From NCBI GenBank assembly GCA_963796965.1, contig CAWCNS010000007.1, positions 896,001 to 960,000 of the forward strand: DNA of 64,000 nt, given 5' to 3'. Each line of letters begins with the position of its first letter. Positions within the stretch are counted from its first letter, which is position 1. This document shows, piece by piece, positions 23,831 through 36,165 of this stretch. The notes beneath the pieces are model-generated. The model ran no database searches and was not told the DNA's origin. It saw only the letters and a list, made by a program, of their open reading frames with translations. The DNA comes from Calditrichia bacterium. GTDB taxonomy: Bacteria > Calditrichota > Calditrichia > JAJRVZ01. The position numbers and the translations under genes are program-made.

Positions 23831-24422
23831 ATGAAATTTTACATTTATTTTGGAATATTGTCTCTATTTCTACTTAACGCATGTGGTAAAAATGAGGTTC
23901 AGACAGTAACGCCAACAGAAGTCTGAAAAGGCAGAAATTATCCCCATCGGAGAGAAGGCAGCGGGGATATTACTAAAAACGTTACAAGGAGAGTTGATGG
24001 CTGCTGTTAAGGCTGAAGGGGTAATGGGTGCCATTACCATTTGCAATGAAAGAGCGATAAGATTGACCGATTCACTAACCCAAAATTTATCCCGGGTAAA
24101 AGATATAAAAAGAACCAGTTCAAAATATCGCAATCCCAAAAACAAACCAGATTCTTATGAACAAGAGGCATTAAAGTTTTTTAGTTCGAAACCTGAGCAC
24201 CTAAAAGAAGTATTCGTCCAAAAAATAATCCAGGGATCAGAAACACATTTTCGTTATTATAAACCCCTGACTATTAAACCCGTATGTACCTTTTGCCATG
24301 GACCTTCAGAGAACCTGTCACCAGATCTGGTTGAAAAAGTCAAAAAATATTATCCCGAGGATAAAGCAGTCGGATATAATCTAGGAGATTTTCGGGGGGT
24401 TGTTCGTGTATCTGTGCAATAA
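23831..24422 (+). CDS. c-type heme lipoprotein, DUF3365/Tll0287-like (frameshift near 23920)
   Basis: MKFYIYFGILSLFLLNAC lipobox from 23831; RNPKNKPD, CTFCH heme motif, YPEDKAVGY..GDFRG. Confidence 0.8.
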
Positions 24423-24502
24423 TGAAGGTATGATTCGACATATTCATCTCACGCTGCGCCGCGTCGTTGCGCCGCTGCGTGAGTCAGATTTGTAGAATTG
24501 GA

Positions 24503-25578
24503 TTAATCGTCCTCTGATAGGGATTTGTCGATATCAAATATTATTCTTCCGTTCAGGTATTCTCTGGTTTCGTAGCGTGTAATATGCATTAATTTCCGGG
24601 TAATCTTACTCATTTTCTTGATTTCATCTTTTATTATCGCAATTTTTTCTTTTAATTGATTCTTAGCCATTTTATCGGTTATCATCTCAGAATTGACTGA
24701 TACCACGGTCATGGGTTGATTCAGCTCATGGCAAACCGCACCTGCCATCTCTAATACCCCCTTCATTCTTTCTTTCTGAACCCGATCCTCCTCTGCAAGA
24801 AGTTTCTCAGTTACATCATGAGCAATACAAAGAATTCCTTCTTTACCATCCGGAAGTGTTATTTTGGATTCATGCAAATCCATAAAACAAATGGAACCAT
24901 CTTTTCCTACACTTTTCTCATGGTGTTTTAATACCTGACCCTTTTTTAACTTATTGATATTTTCGCTGACGTCTGCTAGTTGATCTGGGTGGACAAGAAT
25001 TTCAACATTTTTTCCGATGAGATCATCCCTGGTATAGCCCAGAGAAGTGCAAAAAGCTGGATTAACATCCAATATTTCCCCATCAAGATCCTCCAACATC
25101 AATCCAGTTGGAGATAATTCGAATAATGTCTGGTATCTTTTATTATTTTCTGCAAGTTCTTTTTCACTATCTTGGCAGAAGTGATATCCCTGATTACAGC
25201 AAAAGTAGCTTTTTCACCATTATAATCGATTATAGTAACATTAGCTTCGATAAATACTTCCTTCTTATCCTTCTTTATAAATACAGTTTCATATCGAGAT
25301 GAGACCTCATTTCCTTTTTGACGTTCGATCGCCCTACCACTCAGGATATTTAAACCCTTTTGTGTATAGACCTCCCGGTAATCCATCATCATTAATTCAT
25401 CATATTCATAACCAAGCATGTTGGCAAACTGTTGGTTGAAATAGATGAACTTGTCTTTTTGGCTTATAACAATTGAATCGTTAACATTCTCCACAAGAAG
25501 CCGATACTTCTCTTCAGAATCCCTAAGGCTGATCACAGGAACCTTTTTTGTATTTTCCTCTATATGAGCGAACACCAA
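24503..25578 (-). CDS. PAS-PAS-HisKA sensor without ATPase domain (frameshift near 25130)
   Basis: Two PAS/PAC domains across ORFs 25099..25578 and 24503..25102; H-box AGAVCHELNQP; ends about 60 aa later. Confidence 0.75.
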
Positions 25579-25693
25579 AACTCCTAAGTAAATATTTTAT
25601 TGAAATAGTTTAATCATTTCAGTTGTATAATTTTATTTTATTTGAATTTTAATAATATGAGATTTAAAGAAATAAAATCCTGAGAGAGGTGTC

Positions 25694-27128
25694 TTAATTA
25701 ACAGGTAAGGAAATTGTATATTCACAATAATTTTCACTTGTAAAAGTAATTTTAATTTTCCCCCTGTGCATTTTCAATTTCTTTTTCACCATTTCCATAT
25801 CATGAAATATTTCTTGACTATTTTCTGCCTCCGTAAGATTTGATGTGGACATTGTAGGCATAAAGAGTAACCGAATCACCTCTGCACCCAGTTGGTCCTG
25901 AACAGAGTTTTTCTCACCTAACATCTCTGCTTCTGTACTTTCAATCGATTTCTGCAAGAGACGTTCGATTCTAATTAATCGGCCATCATGACGTAATTTA
26001 AACCCAAACAGTCGGTTACTGGAGAATGTTTCTATCTCTAAAGTTCCAATGGGACTTTTATTGGCACTTCGTCTTTCATCAGGTTTTTCGAAACAATATT
26101 GTATAGAGAATCTGACAAGGATGATCAAAAATTCTCTAACAATTTGTTGATAGATGTAGGGAATGGCAGAACTATTAAACTTCTCATAGTTAAATTGAAC
26201 CTCTTTACCAAGATCCTTTGCTGAATTTTGAACCAAATTATCAATGGCTCGAATAATCAATCCATCTTCAAATTTTCGTTTCGGTCTAATGGACCCAGTA
26301 AAATGTTTAAAACGGTTCATTAACACTTTTACATCCTGAAGCATTTGCCTTATTTCACCTAATTGAATTACAATTGGTACAAAATCCCCACTATTTTTCT
26401 CTTCCTTATTGCTCACCAATTTTATTTGAGACTCAAATTGCTTTAATTTTGTATTTAGAAAATTGAGTTTCAAGAGAGAGGCATTACTAATCAATTGATG
26501 AACTGTTCTGAGAATACGATTAAAAATAATGTTATAATGCTCTGAGTCCTTGGATTCTTTTATTTCTTTATCGATTGATTGCATCTCCGACTCTGAAACA
26601 TCCAGGAACTCTTTAAGCAATGGAGGTTCCACATGAAGCATATTAACCAGCCATTCCATTTGCTTATTTGTATCTTGCTCTACTTCTTCTAGTCTTCTTT
26701 GAAAGCGATATTTGCTTGGTAATATCGCCGACAGTTGCAATTAATCCGACAATTTTCTTTTCTCGGCGAATTCGCTTAAAATTAAAATTTAGATACTTGG
26801 AAGATGTCCATAATCCCCAACGATTTTCAAAATGGAATTCAACAGCATTTAATGGATTTAATTCATTGATCGTCTCTTCATCAAGATCGTCTTTTAACAT
26901 CAACCCCAGAAATTCTACTGTATTATTAACAATATTTTCAGGCACCCGATTTGCAAACAAGGAAACAAATGGTTGGCCACTTGTTATTTCCTGATCGATA
27001 ATCCGTTCCAGAGAGGCGGAATACTCGTCAGTAATATCCAGATTCTCATTTAAATAGAGGAGCCCCTCTTCGAGAGAATTTAGGATATCCTTTTTGCCGA
27101 GATCTTTATGTATTGTTTCTGTTTGCAT
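25694..27128 (-). CDS. Degenerate Hpt + CheA-type ATPase protein (frameshift near 26715)
   Basis: Paralogous to the two upstream kinases (MEWLVNMLHVEP, RPKR); Hpt His in RTVHQL; N and G boxes degenerate. Confidence 0.75.
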
Positions 27129-27266
27129 ATATCAGTTGCTTTTTCCAGCTCCAGTTATATTTATTAAATTCCTTAGGATATTAATTAAATATCAATAATC
27201 TTACATCTAACCATTCCTCAATTCTTCATCAGCGTCACAAGATTTCCATACTCACAACAATTCCTA

Positions 27267-27713
27267 CTATTCAAGGCAGACAACCAAAAATGTTTTGAAT
27301 TCACGCCACGTGATTGGTATAACAAAGGATTGGATATTATCAGGTAACTTAATATCTCTTGCCTTTCCATCAACAACAACCGGAACTGAAATCATAAAAT
27401 CACTGCCATAGGCCTGGCGAACATTTCCTGAGATTGTATTGGCTATTTCGCCTACCAGGTCTTTTACTTCGCCCTGATCAATATCATCAAGACCCAGTAT
27501 TAGTTTAGCAATTGATTTTAACATATCCTCTGAAGCCGTAACATAAATACTGCCTTTTCTCTTTCCAGATATACCGATTATACCGGTATATTCCAATACT
27601 ACCGGCTCTGCATCTTTTATATATGGAATGCCAGCAGTTGCCTTTTCGTTGGTCACTTCTTCAAAATAGTTTACTGTAGAATCAATAAAGAAGTGAAGAT
27701 CGGTTTCATTCAT
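27267..27713 (-). CDS. cheX: CheX family phosphatase
   Basis: TGIIGISG..GSIY, DLVGEIANTISGN (ExxN), ISVPVV. Confidence 0.9.
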   Translation of the reverse strand: MNETDLHFFIDSTVNYFEEVTNEKATAGIPYIKDAEPVVLEYTGIIGISGKRKGSIYVTASEDMLKSIAKLILGLDDIDQGEVKDLVGEIANTISGNVRQAYGSDFMISVPVVVDGKARDIKLPDNIQSFVIPITWREFKTFLVVCLE

Positions 27714-27746
27714 TTTATTTTTTCTCCTCTTAGATCTTAATCATAA

Positions 27747-28115
27747 TTAATCAATAAGTCTTTCAAAAGATGATCGTAATTTCTCGGGTGTAAATGGCTT
27801 GGGTAGAAAACTTTTTGCACCTAACTTGATGGCTTTTAGACCGGTACTTTTATCAGATAGCGCTGTAACAACCATCACCTTTACATTTTCGTCAATTTTA
27901 AGCATCTCTTCCAATACAGTCAATCCATCCACTTCTGGCATGGTAATATCCAATGTAACAACATCCGGTTTAGTTTCCCGGAATACCTCCAGAGCTATTT
28001 TTCCGTCCTCGGCCGTGCCAACAACCTCAATATCAAAATCATTGAGGTGTTTCTGGATGGCCTGACGTATGATCGCAGAGTCGTCTACAATCATTAATTT
28101 GACTTGTTTACTCAT
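27747..28115 (-). CDS. CheY-like single-domain response regulator
   Basis: VDDS, TLDITMPEVDG, VTA, KPF. Confidence 0.9.
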   Translation of the reverse strand: MSKQVKLMIVDDSAIIRQAIQKHLNDFDIEVVGTAEDGKIALEVFRETKPDVVTLDITMPEVDGLTVLEEMLKIDENVKVMVVTALSDKSTGLKAIKLGAKSFLPKPFTPEKLRSSFERLID

Positions 28116-28139
28116 GCATCCTCCCCTATAATAATAAAA

Positions 28140-31051
28140 TTAATTTGTTAGTTTATATGATTTACCTGGTTTTGTCTTTTTCTTAACAGGTAAGTTAACT
28201 AAAAATTCCAGGAACTCCCCTTCTCTGAAATTCATAGATATTTTGCCCTGGTGATTCTCAATGCTTTTTTTTATTGTTCCCATACCAACACCCCGACCGG
28301 CATTAAGATCTACCGACTCAGCGGTCGATATTCCGGATTCATAAATTAACTCCGCCAGCTGGTTCTGATCCCATTCATCAATTTCATCTTTTTTCCATTT
28401 TCCTAAATTCTCGGCAATTTCCTTTAGTTTCTTTAGATTTATTCCCTGGCCATCATCCCGATACTTAAAACAAAAATCGCCGTTTTTTGAAAAAGTAGAA
28501 ATTTCAATGCACCCTCTTACCGATTTATTGTTCTTCTTTCTTTCCTCCGGGTTCTCGATGCCATGAGTCATGCTGTTTCGCACAAATTGAATCAATAGAT
28601 CCTTGATTAAAAGCCGGTATTCATAGGGCAATTCCTCACCCTTAAACTGGTCATGAACAAATTGAACTTCTTTTTTCAAGTCATCCGATAAATTTGAGAT
28701 CAGATTACTGATCGAATTAACCAAAATTTGATTCTCAAAAGCCCGTTTGGGACGGAAATGGGTGTGAATTTGGCTGATGCGTTCAATCATATTGTTAATT
28801 TCTTCTATACTGTTGCGCAAATCACCTAATTTCATAACAAGTGGTATGAAATCCCGGGAAGAGAGTGTTTCTTTTTCCTGTAGCGCTTCAATTAATTCTT
28901 CAAAGGCATGGGCTTGTTTGGCAAAAAATTTCAGATCGAGTAAACTTGCATTGCCTTTAACCAGGTGAATAGAACGGTATATATTTCTGAGAACAGACAA
29001 ATAGTCTTCTTCAGAATCTTCCATTCTAAACATCTTTTTAATAGTATTTAACTCTCTTGTTGCACCATCAATAAATTCTTTCAGCAACTGAGGCTCAACG
29101 TGCAATATTCCAAGGAACCATTCCATCTGTAGTTTAGAATGTTCTTCTGATTCTTCAAGTTTTTTTGAAAGTTTTACTTTCTCTGTAATATCGGTTACGG
29201 TACCCATTAATCCACTAACTTGCTGATTCACCTCAATTCGTTGAAATTTAAATGCCAGAATTTTCTCTGTCGTGAGAAGTTCATCTTTTTTAAGGAAATT
29301 CAATTTTATATGAGCCAATGGATTTAAATCACCCAATGTTTTTTCATCGATATCAGGATTGAACATTAAATCTAAATAGTCCTGAATGTTTTCATTTTCT
29401 TTTTCGTCTATTTTATTTTGTAGTATGTCTGTAATCTTTTTCTGTCCGGGCTCATTTAAGTCAAGAATTTCTGATAAAGCAGCCGAATGTTGAGATCCTA
29501 TCCGTTGATCTCTATCAAGAATAAATATACCTTCTTCAACATTCTTCAAGATTGTATCTGTCTCTTTTTTTGCTGCCTGCAGATGGTTTCTTGATTGACG
29601 CAAGTCATTTTCTGCTTTAAGCCGTTCTTCAATCTCCAGCTGTGCTTGATTATAAAGCCGTGCATTATCGATAGCTGCAGCAATTTGCGAACTTAACGTT
29701 TCTGCTGCTGTAACATCTGATTCATCAAATGCCCCAGGCTGGTCACTTTGATAATCAAGAACACCTATTACCTGCTGTCCCTTCATAATCGGTATTGACA
29801 TTTCCGATCGCGTAATTTCTCCTGCTTTTTTTACATAATTCCGATTTAATGTTACATCACCACTCAATTGTGTCTGATGTGTCAAAGCGGCCAATCCAAT
29901 CATTCCCTCGCCTTCTTTTATAGTCAGGTCAACAGGAAAAACACTGGCATAAGCACCCGCAATAGACTGAAGTCGCAAGGTTCTTGTTTCCTCATCTAAG
30001 GACAACAACATGACCCCATAGTAATCAAAAGAATCACGGATATTGGTGACAATCGCTGAAAGAAGGTTGTCGAGATCTAATTCTCCACTAACCTTTTGCC
30101 CGATCTTGTAGAGGAGTGCCGACTGGGTTGCCCGGCGCTTTGCCAAATCTTCGAGTTTTTTACTATAGGTTATTTCTTTTTGAGCATTTTCGTATAGACG
30201 TGCATTTTCTATGGCAGTCGCAATTTGTGAGCAGAGCGTTTCGGCAACTTCCACATCAGATTGGTCAAAAGCATTTTTTCTATCACTCTGAAAGTCAAGA
30301 ACCCCTATCACATCGTCTTTACCAATAATTGGAATAGACAGTTCCGAAATAGTTACTTCTTCGGCCTTTTTAACATAGTGGCGATTTGCTGTTACATCAT
30401 TACTAAGTTGCGTACTTTTATCTAAGCAGCCTGACCGATCATACCCTCACCAATTTTGATTGTCAATGAGTCAGGAAATACACCCTGATATCCGCCGGCA
30501 ATAGACTGTAAATTTAGCTGTTTTTTCTTTTTATTTATAAGCAATAGCATGACACCATAAAAATCGAATGTTTCATGGATACTGTTAACAATTTCATTCA
30601 ATACAGATTCCAGATCCAGATTACTGCTTATTCGTTTTCCGATAGCGGAAATCAGAGTCGCCTGAGAAGCCCTGCGTTCCAACTCTTTTTCAATTTTCAC
30701 ACGATCTGTAACATCTCTAACAATGCTTACAGTCGCATTTTTTCCTTCATAAACGATATGGTCAGATAAGACCTCCACAACTATTCGCTTACCGTTTTTC
30801 TTAAAATGAGTAAAGGTAAAGGGTATATCTTTGTTGACAATCTTGATTGCCTTTTTTACCCGCTCTTGTTCCTCCATTGGATGTAAATCTAAAAATGTCA
30901 TCCCTTTTAATTCAGAGAGTACGTAGCCATAAATCCTGTTGACAGATTTATTACAATCAAGGATCTTACATTTTTCTTTTTCAAAAATGAAGATAGGATC
31001 AGCGATCTGATTGAAAAGCCCGTAATATTTATTTTTACTCGTGTTTTGCAT
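28140..31051 (-). CDS. Cytoplasmic PAS-GAF-GAF-PAS-like-Hpt-HATPase kinase lacking CheW domain (frameshift near 30420)
   Basis: PAS then repeated GAF (GEGMIG..SEMSIP..GVLD), Hpt RSIHLVKGNA, RNSMTHGIE, DDGQG, GISTA..AGRGVGM. Confidence 0.85.
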
Positions 31052-31071
31052 AATTTTTTATTTGGTAGCAT

Positions 31072-34000
31072 TTAACCAGGAATTGCTATTTCTTCTCGTA
31101 CCTCTTGTTTGATTTCACTTTTTATAGGAATTGTAACAATAAATTCACAAAAACCGCCCTTTTCAGTATTTATTGAGATCTGTCCTCCCACAGTTGTTAC
31201 TTTTTCCTTAACAAGATCCATTCCCACACCCCGGCCGGCAACAAGGTTAGCCTTATCAAGGGTGGAAATGCCCGTTGTAAATATTGTCTCTGCTACCTGA
31301 TCATCATCCCATTCCTCGATATCTTCTTCTGACCAATGTCCCGATTCGATAGGCTTTTTGCCGTAACTTATCAATCTGAATTCCCCGCCCATCATCTCTT
31401 TGACGGAAACCAAATGCATTATCAGTACTCATTGAAACTATTTCTATGCATCCAATTGATTCTTTCCCGGTCAATGCTCTCTCTTCAGCATTTTCAATAC
31501 CATGATAAACGGAATTTCTAATTAATTGAATGAGAATCTGCCGTGTTAACAGTCTAAAGCGGTATGGAATACTCCCGCATCAAAATTTTCGGTTATCAGA
31601 TTGATCTTTTTACCAACATCATGAGAAAGCGTGTTTACCAGGTTTTGAAGAGAAGCGATGAAAAGTTTCTTTTCATAACTTCTTTTCGGTCTGAAGTTCA
31701 TATGAACTTTACCTATCCGGTCAATGAGTTTTTCAAGTTCATTTAAAATTGTACGCATTTCTTTCAGCATGAGCACGAGTGGAACAAAATCTGATCCTGT
31801 TACCGTATCTTTTTCTTTTATATGCGTTATATTTTCTTCAAACTCATGTGCCTTTTCAATGAAGAACTTCAAATCGACCAGGGCAGCATTGCCTTTAATC
31901 AAATGCATGGAGCGGAACATTTTCTCAAGTACGGATAGCAGGTTCGTTTCCCTTTCGCTTCCCTGGAGAACTTGATCCATATAATTAAGTTCTAAAGTTG
32001 CTCCTTCCAGAAACTCCCGTAATAATTGTGGCTCCACATGCAGTATACTGAGCATCCACTCAATCTGTTTTTTACCGGATTCCTGGGATTCTTCAAATTC
32101 CTGTGCTAACCGGATCTGATCTGAAACATCATTGACAGTCCCGATTAATTCTTCAGTTTGTCCATTCTCATTTGGTATACGTTTGAAGTTAAATACCAGA
32201 TGCTTGGTTATTGTCTGGGTATTTTCAGCATCTTCAAAGGTTAACTTGATCTGACTCATGGGATTCAGATCGGCCAATGCTTCTTCCTCCACATCATCTT
32301 TAAACATTAATTCAAGAAATTCAGTGATGCTTGTGTGAACTTTATGTGTAACCGTGTTCTCTAAAATATCCAGAAAATTTAAACGTGCCGGTTTATCCTG
32401 ATTAAGAATTTTTCCCAAAGCAGATGAATGTTGAGATCCAATTCTAAATTTCCCGTTTAAAAGAAAGATTCCTTCTTCAACATTATTCAGAATATTATCA
32501 GTACCCTGTTTTGATAGTATTAATTGTTTGTTTCGCTCTTTAATTTCCCAGGTTCTTTCGGCTATTTGATCTTCGAGAAATTTCTTTTGCGTCTCAATCT
32601 TTTTCATACGAAAACTATAGAGTGTATAAACCAGAGAACGAACCAACAGAAAGGAAATAATGCGGAACCACCACGTTGCCCAAAATGGAGGAATAATTTC
32701 AACATTTACTCTTTTGCCGACATCATTCCAAACACCATCACTGTTACTGCCTTTTACCCTGAAGATATAAGAACCGCCATCAAGATTTGTATATTTTGCA
32801 TATCGCCTGTTTCCTGATCGGATCCAATCCTGGTCAAAGCCCTCCAATTTATAGAGATATTGATTTTTTTCCGAATTACTATAGTCCAATGCTGCAAATT
32901 CAAAAGAGAAAAAATTATCACTATAGGATAAAATAATATTTTCGATATGAGTGATAGAAGTATCCATATTAATTTCATTATCAAACACTTTGAATGATGT
33001 TAACACAATTGGTGGTAAGTAAGTACTTTGAATGATTTGATCGGGTTGGAAGCTATTATACCCGTTTATTCCCCCAAAGAACATTTCACCACTGGGCCCT
33101 TTGGTATAGGCACCCCCATTGAATTCATCACTTTGCAAGCCATCATTGACATCAAAGTTAGTAAAGTTATAGGTGATAAGATTAAATCTTGACAATCCCT
33201 TGTTGGTGCTTAACCAAAGATTTCGTTTTTCATCCTCAAGAATACCATAAACAGTATTATTGGCCAGACCATCTTCTTCCTTATAAGTATTGAATATCTC
33301 GGTTTGTGGATCGAACGAATTCAAACCTCCGCCATAAGTGGCAATCCAAATTTTTCCATCTTTCCCACCATGCAGAGCAAGAATACGGTCATTACTAATT
33401 GTAGTGGAATCATCAGGATTATGGGTATAACTTTTAAATATGCCTGTGTTAGGATCGAATCTATTGAGCCCATTATATGTTCCGATCCATAATATTCCTT
33501 TTTCATCCTGGTAGAGAGCACGCACACGGTCATCATTTATACTATTTGGATCATTCGGTTTGTGAACAAAATGGGTAAATTCATCTAATCCCGGTTTTAG
33601 TAAGTTCAACCCACCCCAGGTTCCTATCCATAAATTCCCTTCGTGATCCTCGAGGAGAGCCCGCACCGTATTATGACTGATACTATTTATCTCTGCGTCA
33701 CTGGAATGCATATACCGCTGAAATTTCTTTGTCAATGGATTAAATTTATTCAAACCACCATTAACTGTACCAAACCATAGATCACCCCGACTATCCTCAT
33801 AAATTACCCTGACAATATCATCACTCAGACTGTTATTATCGAGGGCATTATGGCGATAGATCTTCCGTGATCGTTTACTTCGATCGATAACATTCAGTCC
33901 TTTATTAGTACCTATCCATAGCTCGTCCTGAGCGCGATACTAACATTGACCATACATTACTATCATTAAGACTCATCGGATTAGTAGCAACATTTCTATA

Positions 34001-35113
34001 ATAGCGAAATTTCTTTCTTCTCCAATCAAAATGATTCAGACCGTCACCATAAGTTCCGACCCAAATCGTTCCTGATTGGTCCTTCAATATTGTACGGATC
34101 ATATCATTACTAAGACTGTTTTGATTGGAGGGATCATGGACAGATACTGAAAATTTATCCCGGGCCTGGTCATAAAAGTTTAAACCCATATCCGTACCGA
34201 TCCAGAGTATGTGATTTTTATCCTCATAGATCGCATAAACAAAATTATTATTCAGACTGGCTTTATCCCTTGGATCATGCTGGAACCTCCAGAACTGGTT
34301 ATTAATTGGATCATACAAATTTAAACCGGTGTCAGTCCCAATCCACAATTTTCCGTATGAATCCATATAAAGACTTAAAATTCGGTTACTGCTAAGGGAA
34401 TATGGGTCCCTTGAGTCATGCAGATACCTTTGAAAACGCCCCTCACTCTTAGCGTTTTTACGTAGGACTGAGATCCCCCCCTCATCTGTCCCAATCCACA
34501 GATTTCCATCTCCATCTTCAAGAATTGATCGGATATTATCATGACTAATACTTGTATCATCCATTTCATTATAACGAAAACGGCTGAATTGAGAAGTTAC
34601 AGGGTCGAAGCGGTTTAATCCTCCCCCTGCAGTACCGATCCATATTATTTGATCACTATCTTCAAAGACAGCCTGTACCCGATTATTTACCTGATCAGCA
34701 TCGCTTTTCTCTCCCTGAATATAGGTCGTAAAACTACCTTTTACCGGATCATATTTATTTAATCCCCCCTCAGCAGTCCCAACCCAAATATTACCGAGAT
34801 GATCTTCATACAGGGCATTTATCCAATTATCTGAAATTGAAGTAGAATCAGCAGGGTCATGCTTAAAGTGGATAAATGAATAGCCATCGTATCTGTTTAG
34901 ACCATCTTGCGTTCCAAACCACAGAAATCCCTGCCGATCTTGCATTGAACAATATACGGCGCTCTGAGAAAGACCTCGATCGATGGAAACCCGCTCGAAT
35001 TCCATCTCATATGTTTGGGCTTGAAGAAACGAGAAAGGAAATAAGAAGAGGATAACAAAAAAAAACATCACCAACTTTAACTTAAAAGGATGTAAGTCAC
35101 CCTTTTTATACAT
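31072..35113 (-). CDS. Membrane kinase: beta-propeller/Y_Y_Y sensor, TM, PAS-like, Hpt, CheA-type HATPase (several frameshifts)
   Basis: Repeated LWIGT..GLN propeller blades, YKLEGFD..YTNLDGGSYIFRVKGSN Y_Y_Y, PPFWATWW TM, RSMHLIKGNA Hpt, GISTL..AGRGVGMD; pieces 33905..35206, 31546..33753, 31072..31419. Confidence 0.8.
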
Positions 35114-35435
35114 AGTAATTTCCTGAAATAAGAAGTTGTCTGAATTAGAAGATAAAATAGTGTACGTATCCAGGTCTATCTCATACGCATGCCTGTCCGT
35201 AGACAATTGAAGCCTCCTAATAATCTATTAAAAACACGAATATTTGGATTATGAAGACAGATCCACAAAGTACCTGCCTTAATAGGCTATATCGACAGAC
35301 AATCAATTTTCTTTAAATCAAGCTGATAAATAATGGAATATTGAAACAGTAAAGAATTGAGTTAAATCTGTAGATAAAAGAGGATTGTGAAAGAAATTGA
35401 ACTATTTTATTCCTGGAACAGGTGGGGGATAATAT

Positions 35436-35819
35436 TTATTCTGTTGTATCTTCTAATAGTCTCTGAAATGCAGACTTAAACTTCTGGGCCCCAAAAGGTT
35501 TGTTAAGGTAACTGCTTGCTCCCATTTTTAGGGCCTTAAGTCCTGTACCTTTATCGGAAAGTGCCGTCACGACGATTATTTTAGAATTTTTGTCAATTTT
35601 CACCATCTCTTCAAGCACATAAAATCCACCCAAACCTGGCATGGTTATATCCAATGTTACAAAATCAGGTAGAAATTTTTTAAACAATTCAAGTGCCGTT
35701 TCTCCATTATGAGCGGTCGCAATAATTTCAATATCAAAACTTTCTAAAAACTTTGCAATGGCCTGACGGATGATGAGAGAGTCATCAACGATGAGGAGTG
35801 TTCTTTTCTTTTCTGACAT
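35436..35819 (-). CDS. CheY-like single-domain response regulator
   Basis: VDDS, TLDITMPGLGG, KPF; paralog of 27747..28115; start taken at MSEKK. Confidence 0.85.
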   Translation of the reverse strand: MSEKKRTLLIVDDSLIIRQAIAKFLESFDIEIIATAHNGETALELFKKFLPDFVTLDITMPGLGGFYVLEEMVKIDKNSKIIVVTALSDKGTGLKALKMGASSYLNKPFGAQKFKSAFQRLLEDTTE

Positions 35820-35931
35820 GGATTTCCCGAAATGACTAAATGAAGTATAACTTAAAATTAATTTAAGGGATTGGATCATTAAGTTCAATGGGACAATAAA
35901 ATTGTGTGGTTGGGTATTTGCAATGCGGAGC

Positions 35932-36010
<79 letters not shown>

Positions 36011-36165
36011 TAAAAAAGGTGTCGCTTTATCAATTACTTGTCAAGTATTATTTACTCTTTTTTTCAATCACATATCCGTTATCTGGTATCCCGGATCGCG
36101 TATCCCGTATCCCGTATCTCGTATCAGATATAGATACAACGCCCCCCTACTCAGTACCCGGTTCC

